Shown piece by piece: positions 29,322-40,400 of a stretch of DNA of 46,752 nt (position 1 is its first letter; every line of letters starts with the position of its first letter). This stretch comes from Macrostomum lignano. Lineage: Eukaryota. The notes beneath the pieces were generated by a model that saw only the letters and a program-made list of their open reading frames with translations, was not told the DNA's origin and ran no database searches. The stretch lies in assembly GCA_002269645.1 (NCBI GenBank), contig NIVC01001864.1, positions 1-46,752 on the forward strand, written 5' to 3'. The translations under genes and the position numbers were made by a program.

Positions 29322-31648
29322 TCACACCACAAACGTGTCGCCTCGGCATCCCTTGCAGCTGTGCAGGGCCAGCTGTTCGCAGACTTTAGATTCGGGCGAC
29401 AGGTAAGCGGCCGAATACCGGCCGGTGCCGTCGGCCAGCAGGTTGGGCGCAGACGCAGCTCCCAGAGCATCGACAGCGGCCGCTTCGCCTGGCGTGCACT
29501 CGCGGCAGGCTTCCAAGCGTCGTAGTACGCCGGCAGTAGCCGCGGCGGCGGCAGACACAGGCTTGCCGCTGCTGGCCGAATTCTGCAGATCTCGCCACTG
29601 TTGCCACAGGCGTAGCGACACGTGCCGATTCAATATGGATAATTCCAGCGTATTGGCCGGCGGCTCGGGCGAGAATTTCTCATCCTGATTAGCGGCCAGC
29701 AGGTACAAATGGCTGAACGTATCGGCCAGATCCGACCGCAGCTGTTGCCGTTCCTGCAGCAGCAGGTCGAGCGCTCGCGACGCCCCGGCATAGCTGGCTC
29801 GCAGCCGGGCGCGCCAGCCGGCCAGCTCGTCGATCATGACTCGGCCGGCCGTGAATTTGCTGCGCCAGATGTCGGCTTCGATGCCGAAGCGATCGCGCTC
29901 TTCGGCCAGCTCGGAGCAGCGAGACTCGGCCGCGGCTAGCTGGGCGGACAGCTGGGCCCGTTCGCTGGACAGGCGGTCCAGCTGCGCCTGCAGGTCGAGG
30001 CCCAGAGCGGCCACTAGGAGCCGCTTGAGATCAGCGTTCACCTTGGCGAGCTCGTCGCAACGGTTGCGCAACGATTCGGCGGATTCTTCCGCATCAGCCG
30101 TAGACTGGGCCTGAAAGATTTGGCATTGTAACACAATGTCACTATGTTCTTCTTGATGAAGAACAGGTGAAACTGATGAAGAACAGGTGAAACTATGATG
30201 AAGAAATGAAGAACAGGTGAAACTTTTATGAAGAACAGATGAGTCTTTGATGAAGAACCGGTGAAACTGATGAAGAACAGGTGAAACTTTGATGAAGAAA
30301 TGAAGAACAGGTGAAACTTTGATGAAGAACAGGTGAAACTTTGATGAAGAACAGGTGAAACTTTGATGAAGAACAGGTGAAACTTTGATGAAGAACAGGT
30401 GAAACTTTGATGAAGAACAGGTGAAACTATGATGAAGAAATGAAGAACAGGTGAAACTTTGATGAAGAACAGGTGAAACTTTGATGAAGAACAGATGAAA
30501 CTTTGATGAAGAACAGGTGAGTCTTTGATGAAGAACAGGTGAAACTTTGAAGAACAGGTGAAACTTTGATGAAGAACAGGTGAGTCTTTGATGAAGAACA
30601 GATGAAACTTTGATTTAGAACAGGTGAAACTTTGATGAAGAACAGGTGAGTCTTTGATGAAGAACAGGTGAAACTTTGATGAAGAACAGGTGAGTCTTTG
30701 ATGAAGAACAGGTGAGTCTTTGATGAAGAACAGGTGAAACTTTGATGAAGAACAGGTGAGTCTTTGATGAAGAACAGGTGAAACTTTGATGAAGAACAGG
30801 TGAAACTTTGATGAAGAACAGGTGAGTCTTTGATGAAGAACAGATGAAACTTTGATTTAGAACAGGTGAAACTTTGATGAAGAACAGGTGAGTCTTTGAT
30901 GAAGAACAGGTGAAACTTTGATGAAGAACAGGTGAGTCTTTGATGAAGAACAGGCGAAACTTTGATGAAGAACAGGTGACACGTTGATGAAGAACCGGTA
31001 AAATTTCGATATAGAAAAACTGAAAATAAGGATAAAAAGGAATTTAATTGAAGTACTCACACCAGCCGACTCAGAAACCGAAGCCGCCCCAGCTGCGGCG
31101 CCGCCACTGCCGCTATTAAGCAACCCAACAGCCCGGCTAGATCTAAGAAAATCTTCCAACAGACACGAGGTGTCCAAGCTCAGCGCGTCAGTTTGCACAC
31201 CTAACGATCTGGTATGCCTGCAAGGCCTAACCAGAGCTGTTGGCTTGCCGCCAACTCCGTGCTGATCGACAGGCGGCGACAGTTGCTGATTGTGAGCCAG
31301 CAGCCAGGCTACAGTGGCGGAGTCGACCTCGTATGGAACTAAACGCTTGGATCGGATAGCGTCCTCGCTAGGCTGATTGGCCAGCTGGAAGCGGCTTAGC
31401 AGCGGCGGCAGGCCGGCGCCGCCAGTCGCCGGCAATGGAAAAGCGGCGCTTGAGCCGGAGACGCTGGGCGCGGCGGCGACAGTGGCGCATTTGTACGGCT
31501 CTTTGGGCACTTCAATAGCCAGTTTCTTTTTGGCGCGCTGTTTTGCTTTCTTAATCGAATGCAATTTACTATCGAAATCGCTGTCAGTAGCTGAATCGGC
31601 TGAGTCTGTCTCGTCGGCAACTCGAAACTGATGCTCAGTAGCGTGCAT
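29322..31648 (-). CDS. BLZF1: Golgin-45 / basic leucine zipper nuclear factor 1-like
   Basis: Exons 31648-31061 and 30110-29322 (phase 0). Motifs LKRLLVAALGLDLQAQLDRLSSER, DIWRSKFTAGRVMIDEL and the C-terminal CKGCRGDTFVV match golgin-45 hallmarks. Confidence 0.82.
30157..30995. repeat. 22-bp minisatellite (TGATGAAGAACAGGTGAAACTT)n, BLZF1 intron
   Basis: Seen directly. Confidence 0.95.
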
Positions 31649-31914
31649 CGCGCGGTACCGGCTGGAAGCTGCATTTTTGCAACACTCAGGGATTTATTTC
31701 ACTCAAGTATTATATAGACTACTTACAGTATTTGAAAGGTGTATGGAATTAGTCCTTGATTAACTGTGAGAAACAATATTGTTCCATAAACATTAGAAAT
31801 TTATGTAATGTGCAATATCGCTTGCTTAACAAATCTGAATGACAACACCTTTGAGGCAAAAAATCACGGCTAGGGGGGAGGGCTTCACAAGCTCGAAATT
31901 TTGCATCGCCAAAA

Positions 31915-33525
31915 AAGTTGGGGTTTGTGAAGCTTCGGTTTGTGAAGTTTGGGGCTTGTGAAGTTTGAGGCTTGTGAAGTTTGGGGTTTGTGAAGTTTGG
32001 GGTTTGTGAAGTTTCGGGATTGTGAAGTTTGGGGCTTGTGAAGTTTGAGGCTTGTGAAGTTTGGGGTTTGTGAAGTTTGGGGTTTGTGAAGTTTGGGGTT
32101 TGTGAAGTTTGGGGTTTGTGAAGCTTCAGGTTTGTAAAGCTTGGGGCTTGTGAAGTTTGGGGTTTGTGAAGTTTCGGGATTGTGAAGTTTGGGGTTTGTG
32201 AAGTTTGGGGTTTGTGAAGTTTGGGGTTTGTGAAGCTTCAGGTTTGTAAAGCTTGGGGCTTGTGAAGTTTGGGGTTTGTGAAGTTTCGGGATTGTGAAGT
32301 TTGGGGTTTGTGAAGTTTGGGGTTTGTGAAGTTTGGGGTTTGTGAAGCTTCAGGTTTGTAAAGCTTGGGGCTTGTGAAGTTTGGGGTTTGTGAAGTTTGG
32401 GGTTTGTGAAGTTTGGGGTTTGTGAAGTTTGGGGTTTGTGAAGTTTGGGGTTTGTGAAGTTTCGGGACAGTGAAGTATGTGGATTGTGAAGTTTCGGGAT
32501 TGTGAAGTTTGGGGTTTGTGAAGTTTGGGGTTTGTGAAGCTTCAGGTTTGTAAAGCTTGGGGCTTGTGAAGTTTCGGGCTTGTGAAGTTTTATTCTGTGG
32601 ATCTTTGGGTTTGTGAAGTTTCGGGCTTGTGAAGTTTTATTCTGTGGATCTTTGGGTTTGTGAAGTTTCGGGCTTGTGAATTTCGGTTTTTGTGAATTTT
32701 TGGGCTTGTGAAGTTTGGATTTGTGAAGTTTTGGGCCTGTGAAGTTTGAGGCTTGTGAAGTTTGGGGTTTGTGAAGTTTGGGGTTTGTGAAGTTTCGGGA
32801 TTGTGAAGTTTGGGGCTTGTGAAGTTTGAGGCTTGTGAAGTTTGGGGTTTGTGAAGTTTGGGGTTTGTGAAGTTTGGGGTTTGTGAAGTTTGGGGTTTGT
32901 GAAGCTTCAGGTTTGTAAAGCTTGGGGCTTGTGAAGTTTGGGGTTTGTGAAGTTTCGGGATTGTGAAGTTTGGGGTTTGTGAAGTTTGGGGTTTGTGAAG
33001 TTTGGGGTTTGTGAAGCTTCAGGTTTGTAAAGCTTGGGGCTTGTGAAGTTTGGGGTTTGTGAAGTTTCGGGATTGTGAAGTTTGGGGTTTGTGAAGTTTG
33101 GGGTTTGTGAAGTTTGGGGTTTGTGAAGCTTCAGGTTTGTAAAGCTTGGGGCTTGTGAAGTTTGGGGTTTGTGAAGTTTGGGGTTTGTGAAGTTTGGGGT
33201 TTGTGAAGTTTGGGGTTTGTGAAGTTTGGGGTTTGTGAAGTTTCGGGACAGTGAAGTATGTGGATTGTGAAGTTTCGGGATTGTGAAGTTTGGGGTTTGT
33301 GAAGTTTGGGGTTTGTGAAGCTTCAGGTTTGTAAAGCTTGGGGCTTGTGAAGTTTCGGGCTTGTGAAGTTTTATTCTGTGGATCTTTGGGTTTGTGAAGT
33401 TTCGGGCTTGTGAAGTTTTATTCTGTGGATCTTTGGGTTTGTGAAGTTTCGGGCTTGTGAATTTCGGTTTTTGTGAATTTTTGGGCTTGTGAAGTTTGGA
33501 TTTGTGAAGTTTTGGGCCTGTGAAG
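31915..33525. repeat. 16-bp minisatellite (TTTGTGAAGTTTGGGG)n with an internal ~781-bp duplication
   Basis: The marker GGGACAGTGAAGTATGTGG occurs at 32464 and 33245. Confidence 0.95.
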
Positions 33526-34599
33526 CTTACTATCTTCGATGAGGCGAAGCGTTAAATTTTTAAACGTTAAGCAATGGTCTTAAACTAAGTTTCTTTCAGA
33601 AGCCTTAATTTCGCAATGCTTCATTGAAAGAGCATTTCTAAACGTGAGAGCTATGCTATAAGCCAGAAATATTCTATATTGTTTGATACAGTGTACATTA
33701 AAATAGGTAGAAAAAAGACGGCACTTCCTACTGCCCAGATAATAGTAGTAGCAATAGGATGCTTAGCCAATTTAGTGAGATTCCTTCAAAGCAAAAAATG
33801 AGTACCAATACGGTAATTTTAGAAGCCATAACTACATGACAATAAAAGCGCTTGGCAAAAATAACAAAGCCATAGCGAGCACCTGCTAACACATAAATAT
33901 GTAAATAACCAACGTGTCACGCCAAATGTATTTTTTATACTAAATTTATTACAATTATATTTATAAAGTTATACAGAATAATCAATCCGGAGCCTTGCCT
34001 TGCCCCTAACTTTATTCTATATGCAATACAGACAAGTTTGTAATAACCGGGGGAAATATTACATGCTCGCTACTGGTCGTCAGTAGTACGTATAGATTCT
34101 TTAATTAATCTTAGTTTGGAGAAATGGGGGCAGTCAAAGGTGAAATTGCGTATACTCGTAATATACAAAGATGCTAAAAATGATGCTAACCCTGAAAGGA
34201 CAACAGAAGGCCTTCCCCCGCCAGTGGATGGGATAAATATGGAGAATGGAAATACCATACAAACTTTTTTTGATTCCTTTGCCTTTATGTGAATTTTGTC
34301 CGACTAAAACGGTTACCTAGGCCAAGAAGCACCCCAGAGTCACAATTGCGTCGCTCCAAAGTCACTCCACAGGTAAAATAGGAAAGAAGCTTATCTAGTG
34401 CGCCTCTACAATGACTCTGGAGCCGTAGGGCGTCACTTTATGCCAATTTACTGTCATTTTCAGGGTTGCATTAGGCCCTAGTATTAGAAAAGATAGCTAA
34501 GATAGACACTCAATTTGTGTCCCAACTAATCAGGGCACCCTAGTTCAACCGTGAAATCGATTCAAAAGACCTTAATTCTGTATATATCTAGTCAGTAGT

Positions 34600-36702
34600 T
34601 CAGTTATAACCGCTGGGCACGCCGCGCCGCCGCCTGTCCTGCAGGAGGGCGGTCCTGCCGATCAGCTGGTGCACAGTGTTAGTGGCCTGGATCAGGGTGC
34701 CAAGCAGAGCTGTCAGCTGCACATCGTTGCACTGACGATAGAATGACCGATAGAAATCTTCACCGCCGCACACAGGCAGCTGGTCGGCTAGTCGGCGAAG
34801 GTCGCGCAGAATAGCGTGACACGGCGGCAGCCGGCCGGCGGACACGTCGCGCAGATAGGACAGTAGTAGGCCAAGGCGGCTGTACAGGGCGCGGACAGCG
34901 CTGCGCTGTACGGCTAGGGCTTCGGCAACCTAGCGGGTAAATATCAAAAAAATGAATAATGCCTTTTATTATTGATGCAATTTGTATTGAAGTTAATATT
35001 CCTTTTTGCGGCCTAGTTGGTACTGCAAGCTTTCAATTCAATCATAGATACGGAAATCAGACTTGCGAGACTGAAAATTGTCGACACTCGTTGGCAACAA
35101 GTACAAAAAGATTAGCGATGAAGTGGCTACAAGTGAAAGTCCGTACTGTTTACTCGATTCGAAGGCGGTACGAACTTACAAATTCGGCTTTTTGGCCATA
35201 GACATTGAGTCTTAGCGGGCGCAGCTAAATATGCTTGCTCGCTTGCTTTTAGGACTACATAAGGCATTGAGCAATACCAGACCGTAACTTCTTAATGCAT
35301 CATGCAGTTTTTATACTTTGTGGGGCTTATGACAACAATGCCTCGAGCTCGCGACAAACCTTAGTCCCACCGCTGCCGGACATATCCCTGGACACGTGGT
35401 CAACCCCGATTCGCTCGGCCTCCTCGGTGGCCAGACTGTAAGGCAGGGGTATGAACAGACACTTGGGCGAGCCGTTCACCAGTTCTAGCACGGATTCGAA
35501 TAGACGAACCGGCAGGGATTCGGCCGTGGTAGCCGCTGAGCTGGGCAGCAGGCGGAGCAACACCGGCATTAGTGGCGAGTCCGACATTACAAGATCGCAC
35601 ACCTGCTTGTGCAAGGCTGCCTCAGTGTCGGTCACCTGTGGGTGCGGTTTTTAGGACTAATGCATGATTAATATTGATTTTGGCGCAATTATTGACGATA
35701 ATTCAATATTGAGTAGCCTAGTGGTTAGAGCGTCGGACCCACGACTTGAAGGTCGGGGGTTCGACTCCCGATCCCACTGGAACAATTTGTCCTTGGGCAA
35801 GACACTCAACTCTGTATTGCTGAGCTGTCGGTTGCACATCTGGCCCAATTAGGGCAGGTGTAATCAATTATTTTTATTTTTATTATTAATATTGAGTAGC
35901 TCAGCCGCAGCTATTGCGCGGCGCATCTGAAGGCTGCGTACGGCTGTTCAGTTCAAAGACTGGGGGGTCGTCAATTACCCCAGCGAATACTGGCACTCAT
36001 TTTACAGTTGGGTGGACTTGCTCAAGGACAAATTGTTCCGAGTGGGTCGAGAATCGAACCCCCGACCTCTCAGTCTTGAGTCCGACGCCCTAACCACTAC
36101 GTACAATCCCCTCTTCGGAAAAACAACTTTTATATTTTCATCACTGCATTTTTCTACTTAAAGTAGAAAATTTGGAATTTTATTACTATATTTAAAAAAA
36201 TGAACAACTTAAGAATATTATTTCAGATACAGGGCAGGGGCTGTGTAATTAGATTGCTGGTGATCACGACTACTTCCTTGTCCCAACATTTTACCTCTTC
36301 AGGCAGGTCGCAGCAGTAGTACCAGCCAACCACAGTGAGGCTAGGATAGACCTCGCGATACTGGGCCAGCCTAGTCTGAAAGAATCCAGCATCAATAGTG
36401 TCAATATCGGCTGTCTGCGGATTAGCCGGCGAGAAATATGGCGCCAATTCGAAACAGTTGCAAATTTCTACTAGGCGACCTTCCTGCTTGCCTAACAGGG
36501 CGCCTAGTACCCGATTGTGACCGAACTGCAGCCGGCAGCGGGTCCAGTGATCGGAGATGGTTAGCAGTACCAGCGGGTGCAGGGCGGCGTTCACGGACGG
36601 CTGCACGCCTTGCGGAGCCATGTGGCCCGGCGAGCCTGCGGACAAAGAGTCTGAAGCTGATGCGGCAGCTGTCCCGGAGGTTGTAGAAGCGTCTACTTCC
36701 AT
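34600..36702 (-). CDS. COPS6: COP9 signalosome subunit 6 (MPN domain)
   Basis: Exons 36702-36295, 35635-35360, 34929-34600. Motifs LHPLVLLTISDHWTR, LGALLGKQEGR.VEI.N.FEL, YSLATEEAERIGVDHVSR, FYRQCNDVQLTALLGTL. Confidence 0.93.
35718..35887 (+). mobile_element. tRNA-derived CORE-like SINE with 13-bp target-site duplication
   Basis: A box TAGCCTAGTGG, B box GGTTCGACTCC, CORE-like TCCTTGGGCAAGACACTCAAC, T/A-rich tail. Flanked by AATATTGAGTAGC at 35705-35717 and 35888-35900. Confidence 0.72.
35901..36112 (-). mobile_element. Related tRNA-derived SINE in opposite orientation (COPS6 intron 1)
   Basis: Head GGGGATTGTACGTAGTGGTTAGGGCGTCGGAC...GGGGGTTCGATTCTCGACCC, then GGAACAATTTGTCCTTGAGCAAG (shared with the adjacent copy) and CACCCAACTGTAAAATGAGT. 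Confidence 0.7.
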
Positions 36703-36834
36703 TGTTTTACAGATATGGTTTGGCTTGAATACTGGAATAATAGGTGCGGTACTGTTGAAAATGCGCTTTGTAAATCTAACTTCAATGTAATTAAATTCGA
36801 GCAACCTAATGGCATTTTGGAAATAAAGATAAGA

Positions 36835-37125
36835 GAATAGGAAGGCTGCGGGATAGAGAGGGGAGATGAGAGAGCGGAAGGGTATGGATAGTGAATCGAG
36901 AGAGTGGGATGGGGTGGAAAGGGAGATGAGGGAGAGCGGGCGTGGGATGGAGAGGGAGATGAGGGAGAGTGGGATGGGATAGAGAGGGAGATGAGGGAGA
37001 GTGGGATGGGATGGAGAGGGAGATGAGGGAGAGTGGGATGGGATGGAGAGGGAGATGAGGGAGAGTGGGATGGGATGGAGAGGGAGAAGAGGGAGAGTGG
37101 GAGATCATGAGGCGAGAGAGAGTAG
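36835..37125. repeat. 32-bp purine-rich minisatellite (GGGAGATGAGGGAGAGTGGGATGGGATGGAGA)n
   Basis: Seen directly; between the zinc-finger gene and COPS6. Confidence 0.9.
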
Positions 37126-37449
37126 GCTGTGAAAGAGATAGCTGCAAGCATCTCTAACAGGTTTACTGCTACATACAGCTTCTAGTGTTAAAAGTCAATA
37201 TAAAACGTCGAGTAGACAAGTGAAAGCAATAAACACACGGCATATCAATTCGTAAAGTTTATTTTCTGCAATTGTATGACGCAATTGACAAATTAGGGAA
37301 TTTATACAATATTAACTTGCTATATATTAAAAATATTTAATGCTGATTGACTTAAATAACAGGAATAATGCGGAACTATATTTTAGTTCAACTGCACCAA
37401 AAGTGCCCATTGTTTTCCCCTTTGCCAAGGGCACTCTGCTTTTGTCGAG

Positions 37450-40400
37450 TTAAGTAGCCGCGTCGCTTTTGTGCAGCATTCGGAAGTGCCGTAACAAATT
37501 GCCGCGCTGGGAGAACCGAATGCCGCACACTTTGCACAGGTGCGGCCTGGGCTTGTCGGAGTGCAGCAGCATGTGCGTCACTAACGAGGATCGCTGGGTA
37601 AAACTAATATTGCAACTTGAGCACACGTGCTTAGAGTCCTCCCTACTGTTGTGCGACTCCTCGTGACGGCGGAGGTGCGACTGACAGGTGAACTCGCGAT
37701 CACAGGCGTAGCACTTGTGCAAACCCTGCAGCTTACTTGGCCGCTTGGCTGCCGACGAGGGTGCTGAGGCGATGGAATCGACCGTGCCGGCCGCCTCGCA
37801 AGTGTGGGAAGCGTAAGCTAGCAAACTATTGAAGAACTGCAAGCACTGGTCGCAGCGGTAGCTTCGCTTGTAGCTGCTGCTGATGACGGCGGCGGAGGCG
37901 GCTGCAGACGACGACCCGGCGGTGCCCGATGTCGGCGGAGCGTCGGGCAGGCGTCGATAATTCCGACCGCCAGTACGCTGGATGGCGGAACCGTTTGACG
38001 CCGACGATGAAGATGCTAGCAAAGTTGTCTGCGGCGGTGGCGGCGGAGGACCGGGCTCGCCGCTGAGCTCCTTCAGGAGTGACTCGCTGGCAGCCTGACC
38101 AGCCAAGTCGGAACCGTCAAACTGCTGTCCGGCTGTGCAGCTGTCCGGTTGCTGCTGCTGCTGCTGTTCAGCTATGACAACCATCTTGTCGACGGCGTCG
38201 ATGTCGATTTCTAACGCCGGGTCGACAACAGCCGATGTGCTGGAGGCCGCAACGGCCGCAGTCGGAACAGTCGATGCCGAAGCATTAGAGGCAGAAGCAG
38301 CGGCGGTTGCAGCGGCGGTGGCGGCAACAGCTGACACGGAGCTGACAGTTGAAGGTGCCGACGTAGTCTGGAAACCGTAGCCTTGCAGCAGAAGCGACAG
38401 GTCGCTGTGATCGGACTCAGCTAGGAGCAGAGTGGGGCCCCCGACTGACCCGGCCGTACCGGAGCTCACGATGTCGCCGGAGGCGGTGAGCATGTCGGTG
38501 TTGCTTATAACGTATAACACATTGCCAGAATCTACACTAAGAACCAATTGCTGCTGTTGTTGTTGTTGCTGTTGCTGAGACTGTTGATGGAATTGCTGCT
38601 GCTGAAGGATCAACTCCTGCTGCTGCTGCTGTTGTTGCTGCTGTTGTTGCTGCTGCTTCTTCTGCAACTGGCGCTGCCTGTACCGCTGCCGCCTTCGCTG
38701 CTGCTGCAGAAGATCCCTCTGCGGTGGCTGCCTCTGCCGCCGATTCGGCTGTCGAGACCCCGTTGCCGCTGTTGCCGATGACGCCGACGCTGAGCCCGTC
38801 GCCGTCTCGACTTCCGACGTAGACGGCGCGGGCCCGGATGGGGCGGCTTCCTCAGCAACTGCGGACAGCTGCTGCCGTTGCCGATTACCGTCCGCACCAA
38901 CAGGAATGGGCCGAACCCTAGCAGTGGTCGGATCCCGTTTAAGCAGCATATTGTGGCTCTTTAAATAGTGCCGCTTTCTACTCGACGAAGAGTGAAAACT
39001 GTCCGAGCACAGCTGGCACTGGTAGGGCTTGGCGTCGGCGTGCAAATTCATATGGGTTCGCAGGCTGCTCTTCGATGAGAAGTAGTTCTTGCATAGATGG
39101 CAGGCCAGCAGCTTCACCTGCGAGATTGGAGAGTTGCCCCCGAAAATTCGGGTATAGCAAAGTTTAATAATGATATAGTGCTTTGGTCTCTATGGTGCTG
39201 GCGCCCACTGACACAATTCTCTATTATTGCTATTAATTTACTGTTGCTTTAACATCTGTGCCGCGTGGCAGCAAGAGTTACGGGGGGGGGGGTAAAAGGC
39301 GATTCCCTAGGGGGAGGGTGTTAAAGGGCGCATTCCGATTGGGAGGGGGTTAAAGGGCGATTCCACAGGGGGAGGGGGTCAGAGGGCGATTCCACAGGGG
39401 GAGGGGGTCAGAGGGCGATTCCACAGGGGGAGGGGTCAGAGGGCGATTCCACAGGGGAGGGGGTCAGAGGGCGATTCCACAGGGGGAGTGGGTTAAAGGG
39501 CGATTTCCCACGGGGAGGGGTTAAAGGGCGATCCCCAGGGGGTGGGGGTGTTAAAGGGCGATTCCCCAGGGGAGGGGGTTAAAGAGCGACTTCCAGGCGG
39601 GGATTAAGGGGCGGCTCCCAGACGAGGGTTAGAGGAATGTGCAGAAGTCTGCAGAATCTTTAGAGGCCCTAAAGAAGCGATGAAAATGCTGGTACACAAA
39701 AATTCAATTAACAACTCAAAACCCACCTGTTGACTGTGCAGCCTGCTCATGTGATACTTCAACGAGCTGCTAGCCGTGAAAGTTTTCTGACAGACGCTAC
39801 AACTAAACGGCCTGGCCCCGATGTGCACGTTGCTGTGCCGCACAAGTTCAACCCGTCTGGAAAACTGGGCGTGACAGATGTCGCACTCGAATCCAGCGCC
39901 GGCAGTGTCGCTAACGCCGCCCTCCTCGGCGACACCGACGCGCCGATGATGAGCAGCGGACGAGGCGGAGGCAGCCGCGGCGGTGAAGCCAGCTAGTTCA
40001 TCATCGGTGTGCCGAGATTTGGCGGCTCTGACTAGCATGCGCTGCGAGACGGTCATGTCAGTGGTGAGCGCCGATTGGGCCAGGCTGCGAGTCTCGTCCT
40101 CCGGCAGGCGAAGCTGGCAGCGCCGCTCCCGGACAAAGTCCCGACTGCCCAGCTGGTAGTGGCGCGCCTTGAAGCATTTGTGGGATTGAGATGGAGCTCA
40201 AATCTGTGCTATAAATACAAGACCAATACAAGCTACTTAAGCTCATTCCATATGCGTAACACCATAGTCCAAATCATGATAATGTTGTCCAATCCAAGCC
40301 ACGCTTAATTACGATTCAAACTATTTCAATTCTAATTCTATTTCTAACACGCTTAAATTCTAATCCAAGCCACTCCATTCCGATCTAAGCCACTACATTC

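Noticed and set aside
28062-30995. Regular 22-55-bp repeats resembling CRISPR arrays
   Set aside because: Units are contiguous with no unique spacers, there are no cas genes, and the context is eukaryotic.
30157-30995. Repeated TGATGA (box C) and CAGGTGAG (donor-like) motifs
   Set aside because: They are on the strand antisense to BLZF1, there are no D boxes, and they are simply part of the repeat unit.
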